Of a stretch of 64,000 nt of DNA, positions 40,009 to 48,256 are shown one piece after another. Position 1 is the stretch's first letter, and every line of letters begins with the position of its first letter. The DNA comes from Actinomycetales bacterium. Lineage in GTDB: Bacteria > Actinomycetota > Actinomycetes > Actinomycetales > Micrococcaceae. The notes under the pieces are model-generated. The model made no database searches. It saw nothing but the letters and a program-made list of their open reading frames with translations, and was not told the origin of the DNA. The position numbers and the translations under genes were made by a program. Location: contig JBBPZC010000151.1 of assembly GCA_038199275.1 (NCBI GenBank), forward strand, positions 5,749-69,748. Direction: 5' to 3'.

Positions 40009-40025
40009 AGGTCTATAATACCATT
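40009..40025. promoter_or_regulatory. Overlapping divergent -10 boxes for leaderless tnpA and tnpB
   Basis: Plus strand: TATAAT (40014-40019), 6 nt, ATG. Minus strand: TATTAT (40020-40015), 6 nt, ATG. Confidence 0.7.
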
Positions 40026-40472
40026 ATGAACGAAAATAAGAAAGATTACCGCACAGGTCGTCATGTGGTCCATAAATTATCTGTTCATGTCATTCTGGTG
40101 ACCAAGTACCGGAAGGGGCCCATTACCGACAGGGTGCGTGAGCACCTGATAGAAGTTGCCAGGGAATCATGTGAACGGATGGAATCCGAGCTCGTGGAAG
40201 CGGACGGTGAAGCCGATCATCTCCACCTGCTGATCAACTACCCGCCGAAGGTTCAGCTCTCGAAACTGATCGGAGCGATTAAAACCAACACATCACGGGA
40301 AATCCGGGCCAAGAACTACCCCGAGGTCAGGAAAACCCTCGACGGAGATCATTTCTGGTCCCCCTCATACATGGCACTATCCAGCGGAGGAGCCACCCTT
40401 GAGACCATCCAGGAGTACATCCGCCACCAGCGCGAACCCAGCCGAGGCCCCGGACGCCCCAAAACCCACTAA
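40026..40472 (+). CDS. tnpA: IS200-type Y1 HUH transposase
   Basis: HVILVTKYR, DHLHLL (HUH), FWSPSY and catalytic Tyr in EYIRHQ. Confidence 0.96.
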   Translation: MNENKKDYRTGRHVVHKLSVHVILVTKYRKGPITDRVREHLIEVARESCERMESELVEADGEADHLHLLINYPPKVQLSKLIGAIKTNTSREIRAKNYPEVRKTLDGDHFWSPSYMALSSGGATLETIQEYIRHQREPSRGPGRPKTH

Positions 40473-40526
40473 CCCCTCCCTCCCGGAAGGAGCCCGCGCG
40501 GACCAACAACGGTAAAGTTGTCAACC

Positions 40527-41420
40527 ATGTGCACTGATGAGGTCCCGTTCCCGTACCGTCCAAATTCCCTGAAGGACGACGGCGGATCCCGCCCAGGTGC
40601 CTTCGCCGCGGCACCGGCACCTTTGCCTGTTCCTGTCTATGACAACCACACGCACTTTGATTTTGGCGATTCGCCGGTGGAGCTCCGTGCGGCGCTGGAT
40701 GCGGCCGAAGCCGTGGGTGTGGCTGGTGCCGTGCAGGTGGGGTGCGACCTGCCGTCCTCCCGCTTCACTCTCGCTGCGGTGGACGCCGACCCGCGCGTCC
40801 TGGGAGCGGTGGCCATCCACCCCAACGATGCCCCTGAGCTGGCGGCCGCCGGCGAATTGGAAGCTGCCTGGGCGGAAATTGACGCCATGGCGGCACACCC
40901 GCGAATTCGCGCCATTGGCGAGACCGGGTTGGACTACTTCAGGACCGGTGAAGAAGGCAGGTCCGCGGAACACGATTCCTTTCGTGCGCATCTGGAAATT
41001 GCCAAAAGCCGGGACCTGGCGTTGCAAATCCACTGCCGTGACGCACACGAAGATGTGCTGGCGATTCTGGCCCAGGTGGGAGCACCCTCGAGGCTGGTCT
41101 TCCACTGCTTCTCCGGAGATGCCGAATTGGCACAAATCTGTAACGAAAACGGTTGGTATATGTCTTTTTCCGGAACCTTGACGTTTAAAAATGCACATAA
41201 TTTGCGCGCCGCACTGGCCGTGGCGGACCCGGCCCTGCTCATGGTGGAAACAGATGCGCCGTTCTTGACTCCCCACCCCTTCCGCGGCAAGCCCAATGCC
41301 AGTTACATGCTGCCGTACACGGTACAAAGAATGGCACAAATGAGAGAGCTTGAACTGGAGCAAATGTGCCAGGTTTTGGCTGAGAATACCCGGTCCGTTT
41401 ACGGCTCCTGGCAGGATTAG
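40527..41420 (+). CDS. tatD: TatD family deoxyribonuclease
   Basis: DNHTH, AIHP, IGETGLDY, HCRDA, HCFSG and ETDAPFL motifs. Confidence 0.95.
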   Translation: MCTDEVPFPYRPNSLKDDGGSRPGAFAAAPAPLPVPVYDNHTHFDFGDSPVELRAALDAAEAVGVAGAVQVGCDLPSSRFTLAAVDADPRVLGAVAIHPNDAPELAAAGELEAAWAEIDAMAAHPRIRAIGETGLDYFRTGEEGRSAEHDSFRAHLEIAKSRDLALQIHCRDAHEDVLAILAQVGAPSRLVFHCFSGDAELAQICNENGWYMSFSGTLTFKNAHNLRAALAVADPALLMVETDAPFLTPHPFRGKPNASYMLPYTVQRMAQMRELELEQMCQVLAENTRSVYGSWQD

Positions 41421-41466
41421 AGCTGTTGCGATGGTCACTTTTGGCAAATAGAACCTTGTCCGAAAG

Positions 41467-41492
41467 GTCACGGTTGGGTTACGCTGGGTGAC
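41467..41492 (+). promoter_or_regulatory. Putative MtrA boxes overlapping the rpfB -10 (TACGCT)
   Basis: GTCAC-N6-GTTAC-N5-GTGAC. Rpf genes are established MtrA targets in mycobacteria and corynebacteria. Confidence 0.55.
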
Positions 41493-41681
41493 TATTAGCC
41501 GTGGTCGGGGAAGACCAACGGATGATAAAGCTGCCAGAACCACCGTTCAAATTGGGACTGGCGCCGTCGTTTGCAAGAACAATTTTGCGTGCCTTTGCCC
41601 TGGGCTCACTGGGTGCAAAAGCACGCGCGAAATTGCTTCCTACTTCTCCGTGCCCGGGTGCTCTAGTAGTTACGGGAACCC
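41493..41681 (+). ncRNA. Candidate structured cis-regulatory 5' leader of rpfB
   Basis: Hairpin 41499-41521 with GGGGAA loop, long hairpin 41580-41635, and distal CTTCTCCG complementary to the loop. Confidence 0.45.
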
Positions 41682-42860
41682 GTGTTTTCATTCCTCACCA
41701 TCGATGGCAAGTTCAGTTATTTGAAGCTTGCCTGCCAGGTCGCAGTACTCATTGCACTCGTTGCAGCTCTCATGAGTTTCGTGACCTCCAGCAAGTCAAT
41801 GACCCTTGTGGTCGACGGACACAGCAGCAACGTCAGCGCCTATGGTGGCAACGTGGCCAGTGTATTGAAACGAGCAGATGTTGCCGTTGGCGGCGCTGAC
41901 CACATCACTCCGGCCCTGGATTCTCCTGTTGAGGATGGCGGCACCATCACCGTCAACACCTCCAAGAAGATCACCGTGAGCCTCGATGGTGCCGAGCGCA
42001 CCGTCACCACCACGTCGAACCGCATCAGTGGCTTGATCAACCAACTGGGGATCGCCGCAAATGCCAGCATCTCCGCCCCCGCCAGCTCGCTGTTGAGCAA
42101 TTCCAGTGACATCACCATCATCACCCCCAAGGATGTAACCCTGGTGGCTGACGGCAAACAGACCAAGAAAAACACCACGGCAGCGAAGGTCTCCGACGTG
42201 CTGGCCGAGGCCAACATCAAGCTTTCCGCCACCGACCGCGTCTCGGTGCCCGGCACCTCCAAGATCGTGAACAAGATGGTCATCAAGGTGACCCGCGTGG
42301 ACACCACCGGCACGGCAAGCGAAACCGCGGACGTGCCTTTCGAGACGGTCCAGAGCGTCGATGCGAACATGTTCAAGGACGAACGCAAGGTCCTCACCGA
42401 AGGCGCCCCCGGGACCCTCGAAACCACGTTCAGCACCGTCGTCGTCGATGGCGTTGAAGCCAGTCGCGCCGAGACCGGCTCCAAGGTCATCAAGGCCCCC
42501 GTGGCTGCCAAGATCGCCGTTGGTGGCAAGGACCGTCCGGCACCCGAGCCTGCTCCCGAGCCCGCTCCGGCTCCTGCCGAGGCCGGCGCCAACACCGGTG
42601 CAGCCGCACCCGCAGCATCCAATGTGGGCATGTGGGATGCCATCGCCCAGTGTGAGTCCACCGGCAACTGGTCCATCAACACCGGCAACGGCTACTACGG
42701 CGGACTGCAGTTCGACATCGGCACCTGGCTCAGCGCCGGCGGCGGAGCATATGCCCCCAACGCCAGCCTGGCCACCAAGGAACAGCAGATCGACATTGCC
42801 AACCGGGTCTACGCCCAGCGCGGCCTGTCGCCGTGGGGCTGCGGCCACGCAGCCGGCTGA
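41682..42860 (+). CDS. rpfB: Resuscitation-promoting factor B (DUF348 repeats + G5 + transglycosylase)
   Basis: [27 protein letters not shown] catalytic domain, in the tatD-rpfB-rsmA-ispE gene order. Confidence 0.95.
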   Translation: MFSFLTIDGKFSYLKLACQVAVLIALVAALMSFVTSSKSMTLVVDGHSSNVSAYGGNVASVLKRADVAVGGADHITPALDSPVEDGGTITVNTSKKITVSLDGAERTVTTTSNRISGLINQLGIAANASISAPASSLLSNSSDITIITPKDVTLVADGKQTKKNTTAAKVSDVLAEANIKLSATDRVSVPGTSKIVNKMVIKVTRVDTTGTASETADVPFETVQSVDANMFKDERKVLTEGAPGTLETTFSTVVVDGVEASRAETGSKVIKAPVAAKIAVGGKDRPAPEPAPEPAPAPAEAGANTGAAAPAASNVGMWDAIAQCESTGNWSINTGNGYYGGLQFDIGTWLSAGGGAYAPNASLATKEQQIDIANRVYAQRGLSPWGCGHAAG

Positions 42861-42934
42861 TCCCCAAGCTCTCCCGAATGGAACCGCTGGCGCGTTTCCA
42901 TTGGGGCCCCTCGAGCTTGTGGGCCCACGGTTAA

Positions 42935-42978
42935 TACGTACTCCTCTGACGGATGCACCACAGTCAGGGGAGTACGTA
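42935..42978 (+). terminator. Stem-loop after rpfB (probable terminator)
   Basis: TACGTACTCCTCTGAC...GTCAGGGGAGTACGTA 16-bp stem, preceded by another hairpin at ~42865-42919. Confidence 0.65.
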
Positions 42979-43003
42979 CGTTAATAGCAGATACCATTGA
43001 TCC

Positions 43004-43882
43004 GTGAGCCTCCCTGAACCAAGCCCCGCACCCCAGCCACTGCTGGGTGCCACCGAAATCCGCAGACTCGCAGAGGAAATCGGCGTCCGTCCCACCAAAA
43101 CGCTGGGACAAAACTTTGTCATCGACGGCAACACCATCCGCCGCATCGTGTCCGCCGCAAACATCGACCCCAACGAAACCGTGCTCGAAGTCGGCCCCGG
43201 ACTGGGCTCGCTGACGCTTGGCCTGCTCGACGCCGCCAAGCACGTGGTGGCCGTGGAGATTGACCCGGTCCTGGCCGCCAAACTCCCCGAAACAATTGCC
43301 GCGTTCCGCCCCGAAAAGGTGGGCAATATCGACGTCGTACTTTCCGACGCCATGCGCATCACCGAGCTTCCGGCCGAGCCCACGGCACTCGTGGCAAACC
43401 TGCCCTACAACGTGGCGGTGCCCGTGGTGCTGCACCTGCTGGAACATTTCCCGTCCCTGCAGCACGGACTGGTCATGGTCCAGGACGAGGTGGCGGACAG
43501 GATGGTGGCCGGGCCCGGCTCCAAAACTTACGGTGTGCCCTCGGTCAAGGGCGCCTGGTATTCGCAGATGCGCAAGGCCGGCGTGATTGGCATGAACGTT
43601 TTTTGGCCAGCCCCGAAAATCAGTTCCGGTCTCGTGGGTTTCATCCGCCACGAACCGCCGGTCACCCGCGCGTCGCGGGAAGAGGTGTTCGCCGTCATCG
43701 ACGCCGCCTTCGCCCAACGCCGCAAGACACTCCGTGCCGCCTTGGCCGGCTGGGCAGGCGGAGCCACCCATGCCGAAACATATCTGCGCATGGCCGGGGT
43801 GGATCCCAGCGCCCGGGGCGAGGTCATTGACGTGGCCGCCTACGCCCGGATCGCCGAAGCCAAGATTCCGCAGACGGCCTGA
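43004..43882 (+). CDS. rsmA: 16S rRNA dimethyladenosine transferase KsgA
   Basis: [19 protein letters not shown] and FAQRRKTLR motifs. TACCAT -10 box before GTG. Confidence 0.97.
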   Translation: MSLPEPSPAPQPLLGATEIRRLAEEIGVRPTKTLGQNFVIDGNTIRRIVSAANIDPNETVLEVGPGLGSLTLGLLDAAKHVVAVEIDPVLAAKLPETIAAFRPEKVGNIDVVLSDAMRITELPAEPTALVANLPYNVAVPVVLHLLEHFPSLQHGLVMVQDEVADRMVAGPGSKTYGVPSVKGAWYSQMRKAGVIGMNVFWPAPKISSGLVGFIRHEPPVTRASREEVFAVIDAAFAQRRKTLRAALAGWAGGATHAETYLRMAGVDPSARGEVIDVAAYARIAEAKIPQTA

Positions 43883-43908
43883 CATGGAATCCCAGACATG
43901 GAACTGAC

Positions 43909-44964
43909 ATGGAATCAGTAGGCAGGCCGGGCGCCGCCGGCGGACCCGGTGCCGGCAAACCCGGTGCCGGCGGCTTCGGCGGCGCCGGATTGGGCGCCGA
44001 CGGTTTTGGTGTGGAGGAACTCTCTGCAGCCAGGACCATCAAGGTGCGGGCGCCCGGAAAAATCAACGCCTTCTTCCAGTGCGGCCCCGTGCGTGCGGAC
44101 GGTTACCATGCCGTGGCCAGCACCTATTTGGCCGTGTCACGGTATGAAGAAGTCGCGCTCACCACCAAGCCGGGCACACCGGCCACGGACATCACCGTCA
44201 GCATCGGCGCGGACAGCTCACTGTCCACCGAAGCACTCGCCGGGATTCCGCTGGACGGAAGCAACCTGGTGGTCCGGGCAGCACGGCTCATGGCCGACAT
44301 TGCCGAGGACCCGTGCGGTGTGCACATTGAGATCACCAAGCACGTCCCCATCGCCGGCGGCATGGGCGGCGGTTCTGCCGATGCGGCAGCCACGCTCGTT
44401 GCCTGCGACGCGGCGTGGCACACCGGCTTGTCCCGCGAAGAACTGTCCCAGCTCGGGGGTGAACTCGGCGCGGACGTGCCCTTCGCACTGTTGGGGGGCG
44501 CCGCCGTCGGACTTGGAATTGGGGACCAGCTGACAGCGGCACTGGCACCGGCACCGCTGCACTGGGTCCTGGTCCCGGCCGATTTTGGCTTGTCCACGCC
44601 GGAGGTTTACGGGATGCTGGACAAGCTGCGCGATGAGGCCGGGATTGCCGCCGAGGAGCCGGCGCAGGTTGAGGCCGGTGTACTCACGGCGCTGCGGGCA
44701 GGCGATCCACACGCGCTCGCCCCATGGCTGCACAACGACCTGCAGGCTGCCGCGCTCTCGCTGGCGCCGTCGCTGGCCCAGGTTTTGGCGCAGGGGAGTG
44801 GGCTGGGGGCGTTGGCAGCGCTGGTCTCCGGATCAGGGCCCACGCTGGCCTTCCTCGCGGCCGACGCCTTACATGCGCAGGCGTTGGCCGAGGCGCTGAA
44901 TGATGCGGGGCATGAGGCGTGGGCCGTGGAGGGCCCCGTCCATGGCGCCCACATCGTCGCCTGA
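43909..44964 (+). CDS. ispE: 4-diphosphocytidyl-2-C-methyl-D-erythritol kinase
   Basis: APGKIN, PIAGGMGGGSADAAA, GADVPF and VSGSGPT motifs. Confidence 0.95.
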   Translation: MESVGRPGAAGGPGAGKPGAGGFGGAGLGADGFGVEELSAARTIKVRAPGKINAFFQCGPVRADGYHAVASTYLAVSRYEEVALTTKPGTPATDITVSIGADSSLSTEALAGIPLDGSNLVVRAARLMADIAEDPCGVHIEITKHVPIAGGMGGGSADAAATLVACDAAWHTGLSREELSQLGGELGADVPFALLGGAAVGLGIGDQLTAALAPAPLHWVLVPADFGLSTPEVYGMLDKLRDEAGIAAEEPAQVEAGVLTALRAGDPHALAPWLHNDLQAAALSLAPSLAQVLAQGSGLGALAALVSGSGPTLAFLAADALHAQALAEALNDAGHEAWAVEGPVHGAHIVA

Positions 44965-45004
44965 TAACTTTTATATTCGATCATTACAAGGAAAGTGGTA
45001 CCAC

Positions 45005-46807
45005 GTGGCTCATTTGCTGGGCGGGGAGAATCTAAGCGTCTCTTTCGCAACCCGAACTGTGCTGGACGGCGTCAGCGTCGGCCTCGAAGAAGGGGACCGC
45101 ATTGGCATCGTGGGACGCAACGGTGATGGCAAGTCCACCCTCATGCGCCTGCTGGCCGGGCGCCAAACTGCCGATTCCGGCCGCGTCACCGTGCGTGGCG
45201 GCGTCCAGGTCAGCTACTTGGATCAGACGGACGTGCTCGACGGCGATGACACCGTGGGTTTCGCGATTGTGGGTGAGGCGGCCGATCACGAGTGGGCCTC
45301 GAACCCCAAGATCCGCGAAATCATGGGTGCCCTGGTGGGCGAGGTGGACTGGCACGCCAACATCCATACACTCTCGGGCGGACAGAAGCGCCGCGTGGCG
45401 CTGGCCAAGCTGCTGATCGGCGATGACGATGTCATCATGCTCGATGAGCCCACCAACCACCTCGACGTGGAGGGAGTGGCCTGGCTGGCCAAGCACCTCA
45501 ATGCGCGCTGGCGGGCCAACGAGGGCGCCTTCCTGGTGGTCACCCACGACCGCTGGTTCCTGGATGAAGTCTGCAACCGCACCTGGGAAGTCCATGACGG
45601 CGTCATTGACCCGTTCGACGGCGGTTACGCCGCCTATGTTCTCGCCCGCGCCGAGCGTGACCGGTCGGCCTCCGTGATGGAGAGCAAGCGTGTGCAGCTG
45701 GTGAAGAAGGAGCTCGCCTGGCTGCGTCGTGGCGCCCCTGCCCGCACGGCCAAGCCGAAGTTCCGCATCGAGGCTGCCAATGAACTTATTGCCGATGTGC
45801 CCGAGCCCCGCGACTCCGTTGCCCTGTCCAAGATGGCCACCGCGCGTCTGGGCAAGGACGTCATTGACCTTGAAAATATCTCCCTGACCATTGGTGAGGG
45901 CGACAGCGCCAAAAATCTCTTCAACAACATCACCCTGCGCCTGGCCCCGGGCGAGCGCCTGGGGCTGGTGGGCGTCAACGGCGCGGGCAAGACCACGCTG
46001 CTGCGACTGCTCAACGGTGAGATCACGCCGTCGTCCGGCAAGGTGAAGACCGGCTCAACGGTCAAGACCGCCGTGCTGACCCAGGAAGTGAATGAGCTGG
46101 ACGACGTCCTGAACATGCGAGTCATTGAGGTCATTGAGCGGGAGAAGCGCTCCTTCGATGTGGGCGGCAAGGACATGACCGCCGGTCAGCTCGTGGAGCA
46201 GCTCGGGTTCACCAAGGACAAGCAGTGGACCATGGTGAAGGACCTCTCCGGTGGTGAGCGCCGTCGTCTGCAGCTGCTGCGCCTGCTGGTGGGGGAGCCG
46301 AACGTGCTCATGCTCGATGAACCCACGAATGACCTGGACACCGACACTTTGGCCGCGGTGGAGGATGTTCTGGACGGCTGGCCGGGCACGCTCGTGGTGG
46401 TCTCGCACGACAGGTACCTGCTCGAGCGCGTCACCGACCACCAGATGGCGCTGCTGGGCGACGGCAAGATCCGCGGTTTGGTCCGCGGCGTGGACGAGTA
46501 CCTGGAACTGCGTGCCGGTGCGGGCGTTGGGCCGTCGGCTGGCAGTCCTGCCTCCGCGTCCTCCGGTGCAGGAGGTCCTGCCGGTCCCACCGAGGCGCAG
46601 AAGCGTGACGCCCGCAAGGTGCTGAACCGCCTGGAACGCCAGCTGGGCAAGAACTCGGCCGCCGATGCCAAGATCCACACGCAGATGGCCGCCGCCGTGG
46701 GCGATTACGACACGCTGGCAGACCTGCAGGCCAAGCTGGCCAAGCTCGCCACTGAGCGTGAAGGCCTGGAACTCGAATGGCTGGGGGCCTCCGAGGTCCT
46801 GGAGTAG
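45005..46807 (+). CDS. ABC-F family ATPase (Uup-like)
   Basis: Two ABC domains (GRNGDGKST, LSGGQ, LDEPTNHLD; GVNGAGKTT, LSGGE, LDEPTNDLD), no TM segments, C-terminal coiled coil. GTG start after AAGGA. Confidence 0.95.
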   Translation: MAHLLGGENLSVSFATRTVLDGVSVGLEEGDRIGIVGRNGDGKSTLMRLLAGRQTADSGRVTVRGGVQVSYLDQTDVLDGDDTVGFAIVGEAADHEWASNPKIREIMGALVGEVDWHANIHTLSGGQKRRVALAKLLIGDDDVIMLDEPTNHLDVEGVAWLAKHLNARWRANEGAFLVVTHDRWFLDEVCNRTWEVHDGVIDPFDGGYAAYVLARAERDRSASVMESKRVQLVKKELAWLRRGAPARTAKPKFRIEAANELIADVPEPRDSVALSKMATARLGKDVIDLENISLTIGEGDSAKNLFNNITLRLAPGERLGLVGVNGAGKTTLLRLLNGEITPSSGKVKTGSTVKTAVLTQEVNELDDVLNMRVIEVIEREKRSFDVGGKDMTAGQLVEQLGFTKDKQWTMVKDLSGGERRRLQLLRLLVGEPNVLMLDEPTNDLDTDTLAAVEDVLDGWPGTLVVVSHDRYLLERVTDHQMALLGDGKIRGLVRGVDEYLELRAGAGVGPSAGSPASASSGAGGPAGPTEAQKRDARKVLNRLERQLGKNSAADAKIHTQMAAAVGDYDTLADLQAKLAKLATEREGLELEWLGASEVLE

Positions 46808-46837
46808 CGGCGGGTCTTCCATTCTGCTCGGTTGGCC

Positions 46838-47003
46838 TGAACTCATACGCACCATTTGTCCCTAATGGCGCGGCTAAACACCTCTACGTCGCATTCACGT
46901 TGAATGGTGCGTATGTGTTCATGGCCCCGCACTCATACGCGCCATTCGCCGTGCATGGTGCGTATGCGTTCAGAGCTTCCTCGCGTGTGCGCGTATGAGT
47001 GCG
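46838..47003. repeat. Cluster of five ~15-19-bp repeats in mixed orientation (REP/REPIN-like)
   Basis: Forward copies at 46838-46856 and 46928-46946. Reverse copies at 46903-46921, 46954-46972 and 46989-47003. Core is CATACGCRCCAT. Confidence 0.85.
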
Positions 47004-47109
47004 CCGTGCCGTGCCGTTGATTCCTCCACACCCAGCCCCAACCCCCACCTCATCCCCATGGACGACGCCGGGGCTGTCGCCACCAGTATTTGTGGCCCAC
47101 CCTTGACTC

Positions 47110-47940
47110 ATGAGCCAGCCGAGAAGTACCAAGAACCGGGACCTGGAGACGGCAATGACAGCCCGCTGCGGGGTCGCGCGGCGCAAGGATCTCGTGGCGG
47201 CCGGGTTTACCACTTGGGATCTGGCGCAAGCGCAAACAATGGAAGTCGTCAGCAAGGTTGCACCCGGGTATTACGCATTGCCAAGCGCGGCACCAGTGGA
47301 TGTCCGGCTGGCCCAACACCAAGCCAGACGGACCTGCCTGAGCAAGGTTGCTGACTTGGGTCTTTGGCTGCTGAAGGAGCCCCAGCAACTCCACGTCGCA
47401 GCAGCCCACGGCAACCAAATTCCCGGCTGTGTGGTCCACCGGGCCAAAGGTGGCCAGACCCTCACGGATGTCCTGCGCCAGTGTGTCCAGTGCGGAAGCG
47501 AGCTCGAGGCCCTTGTGGTGCTGGAATCTGCGGTTGTGAACAAGAAATGCACAGTCACCGAACTGCGAAGCGAATTTGTACGCAGGAAAGACACCGCAGG
47601 GCGTGCCATTTTGGCGATGATTGATCCGCAGTCCATGTCCATCACTGAAACATGCGGGCGCTACCACTTGAAGAGAATGGGCTACAACGTCCAAGGGCAG
47701 GCTTATATCCGCACAGCCGGACACCTGGATCTTCTGGTTGATGGCGTTCTGGGGATCGAGACCGACGGCGAAAAATATCACAATGATGCCAAGCAGTGGA
47801 AAGAGGATCTGCGTAAGGACACCATGTATGTCCTTGAAGGGATCTGGCGGTTGAGAATTCCAGCCGCAGTGGTGATGTACCAGCCGGAGGTCATGCTCAG
47901 CTGGGTAAAACAAGCCCTGGCAATGATCGCTTCCAAGTGA
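47110..47940 (+). CDS. AbiEi-like N-terminal domain + DUF559/Vsr-like restriction-endonuclease-fold protein
   Basis: N-terminal GVARRKDL..AG...VAPGYY. C-terminal SMSITE...Q...HLDLLVDG.LGIETDG..YH...EDLRKD...G...LR. Confidence 0.75.
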   Translation: MSQPRSTKNRDLETAMTARCGVARRKDLVAAGFTTWDLAQAQTMEVVSKVAPGYYALPSAAPVDVRLAQHQARRTCLSKVADLGLWLLKEPQQLHVAAAHGNQIPGCVVHRAKGGQTLTDVLRQCVQCGSELEALVVLESAVVNKKCTVTELRSEFVRRKDTAGRAILAMIDPQSMSITETCGRYHLKRMGYNVQGQAYIRTAGHLDLLVDGVLGIETDGEKYHNDAKQWKEDLRKDTMYVLEGIWRLRIPAAVVMYQPEVMLSWVKQALAMIASK

Positions 47941-48079
47941 TCGGCTGTGAGCTTTGCCACGTTGGCACCGCGCGGAACCGGGAATTTCGGTGGCGCGGCC
48001 GCGCCCAAGTCGCGCAATATGCCGTCGCCGTGGCACACTATATTCTCGTGAGCTTCCAGCGAGAGCGGAAAGTGCATGG

Positions 48080-48151
48080 TCCGCCCTGGTGTAACGGCAG
48101 CACCCCAGCCTTTGGAGCTGTGGAGTACAGGTTCGAATCCTGTGGGCGGAA
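48080..48151 (+). tRNA. tRNA-Gln (anticodon UUG)
   Basis: TCCGCCC/GGGCGGA acceptor stem, CT-TTG-GA anticodon loop, GGTTCGAATCC T-arm. Conserved position upstream of glmU. Confidence 0.95.
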
Positions 48152-48256
48152 CCGTTTTGGGAAAGCACGGCCGTACTTGCCGAGCAGGTACCATGGAATA
48201 GTTTCCCATTGCGTACGTTTTACAGCGGACTTATGTCCGGGCAGGAGTGCCACTTA

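Larger units (their letters stand above)
38735..40511 (-). mobile_element. IS200/IS605-family insertion sequence (IS605-type, divergent tnpA and tnpB)
   Basis: The minus-strand right end reads GGAATCCCCTCCCGAAAGGGAGGGGAGGATGTCAA (hairpin + TCAA). A related subterminal CCCCTCCC motif follows tnpA. The left boundary is inferred just after a TTAC target. Confidence 0.85.

Noticed and set aside
38731-40511. AACG on both sides of the IS (38731-38734 and 40508-40511) as a target-site duplication
   Set aside because: IS200/IS605 transposition makes no duplication. A 4-nt match is plausible by chance and gives the same predicted empty site.
41493-41681. c-di-AMP (ydaO/yuaA) riboswitch call for the rpfB leader
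   Set aside because: I could not find the GCYGAAUCC and CCCGUCAGCUAAC-type conserved blocks. Left as an unassigned structured leader pending an Rfam scan.
46838-47003. Possible CRISPR array
   Set aside because: The repeats are short, change orientation and lack regular unique spacers. There are no cas genes. Reported as a REP-like cluster instead.
47941-48151. tRNA-Gln as integration site for the DUF559 gene
   Set aside because: The gene lies 5' of the tRNA, and no duplicated tRNA fragment or integrase is present.
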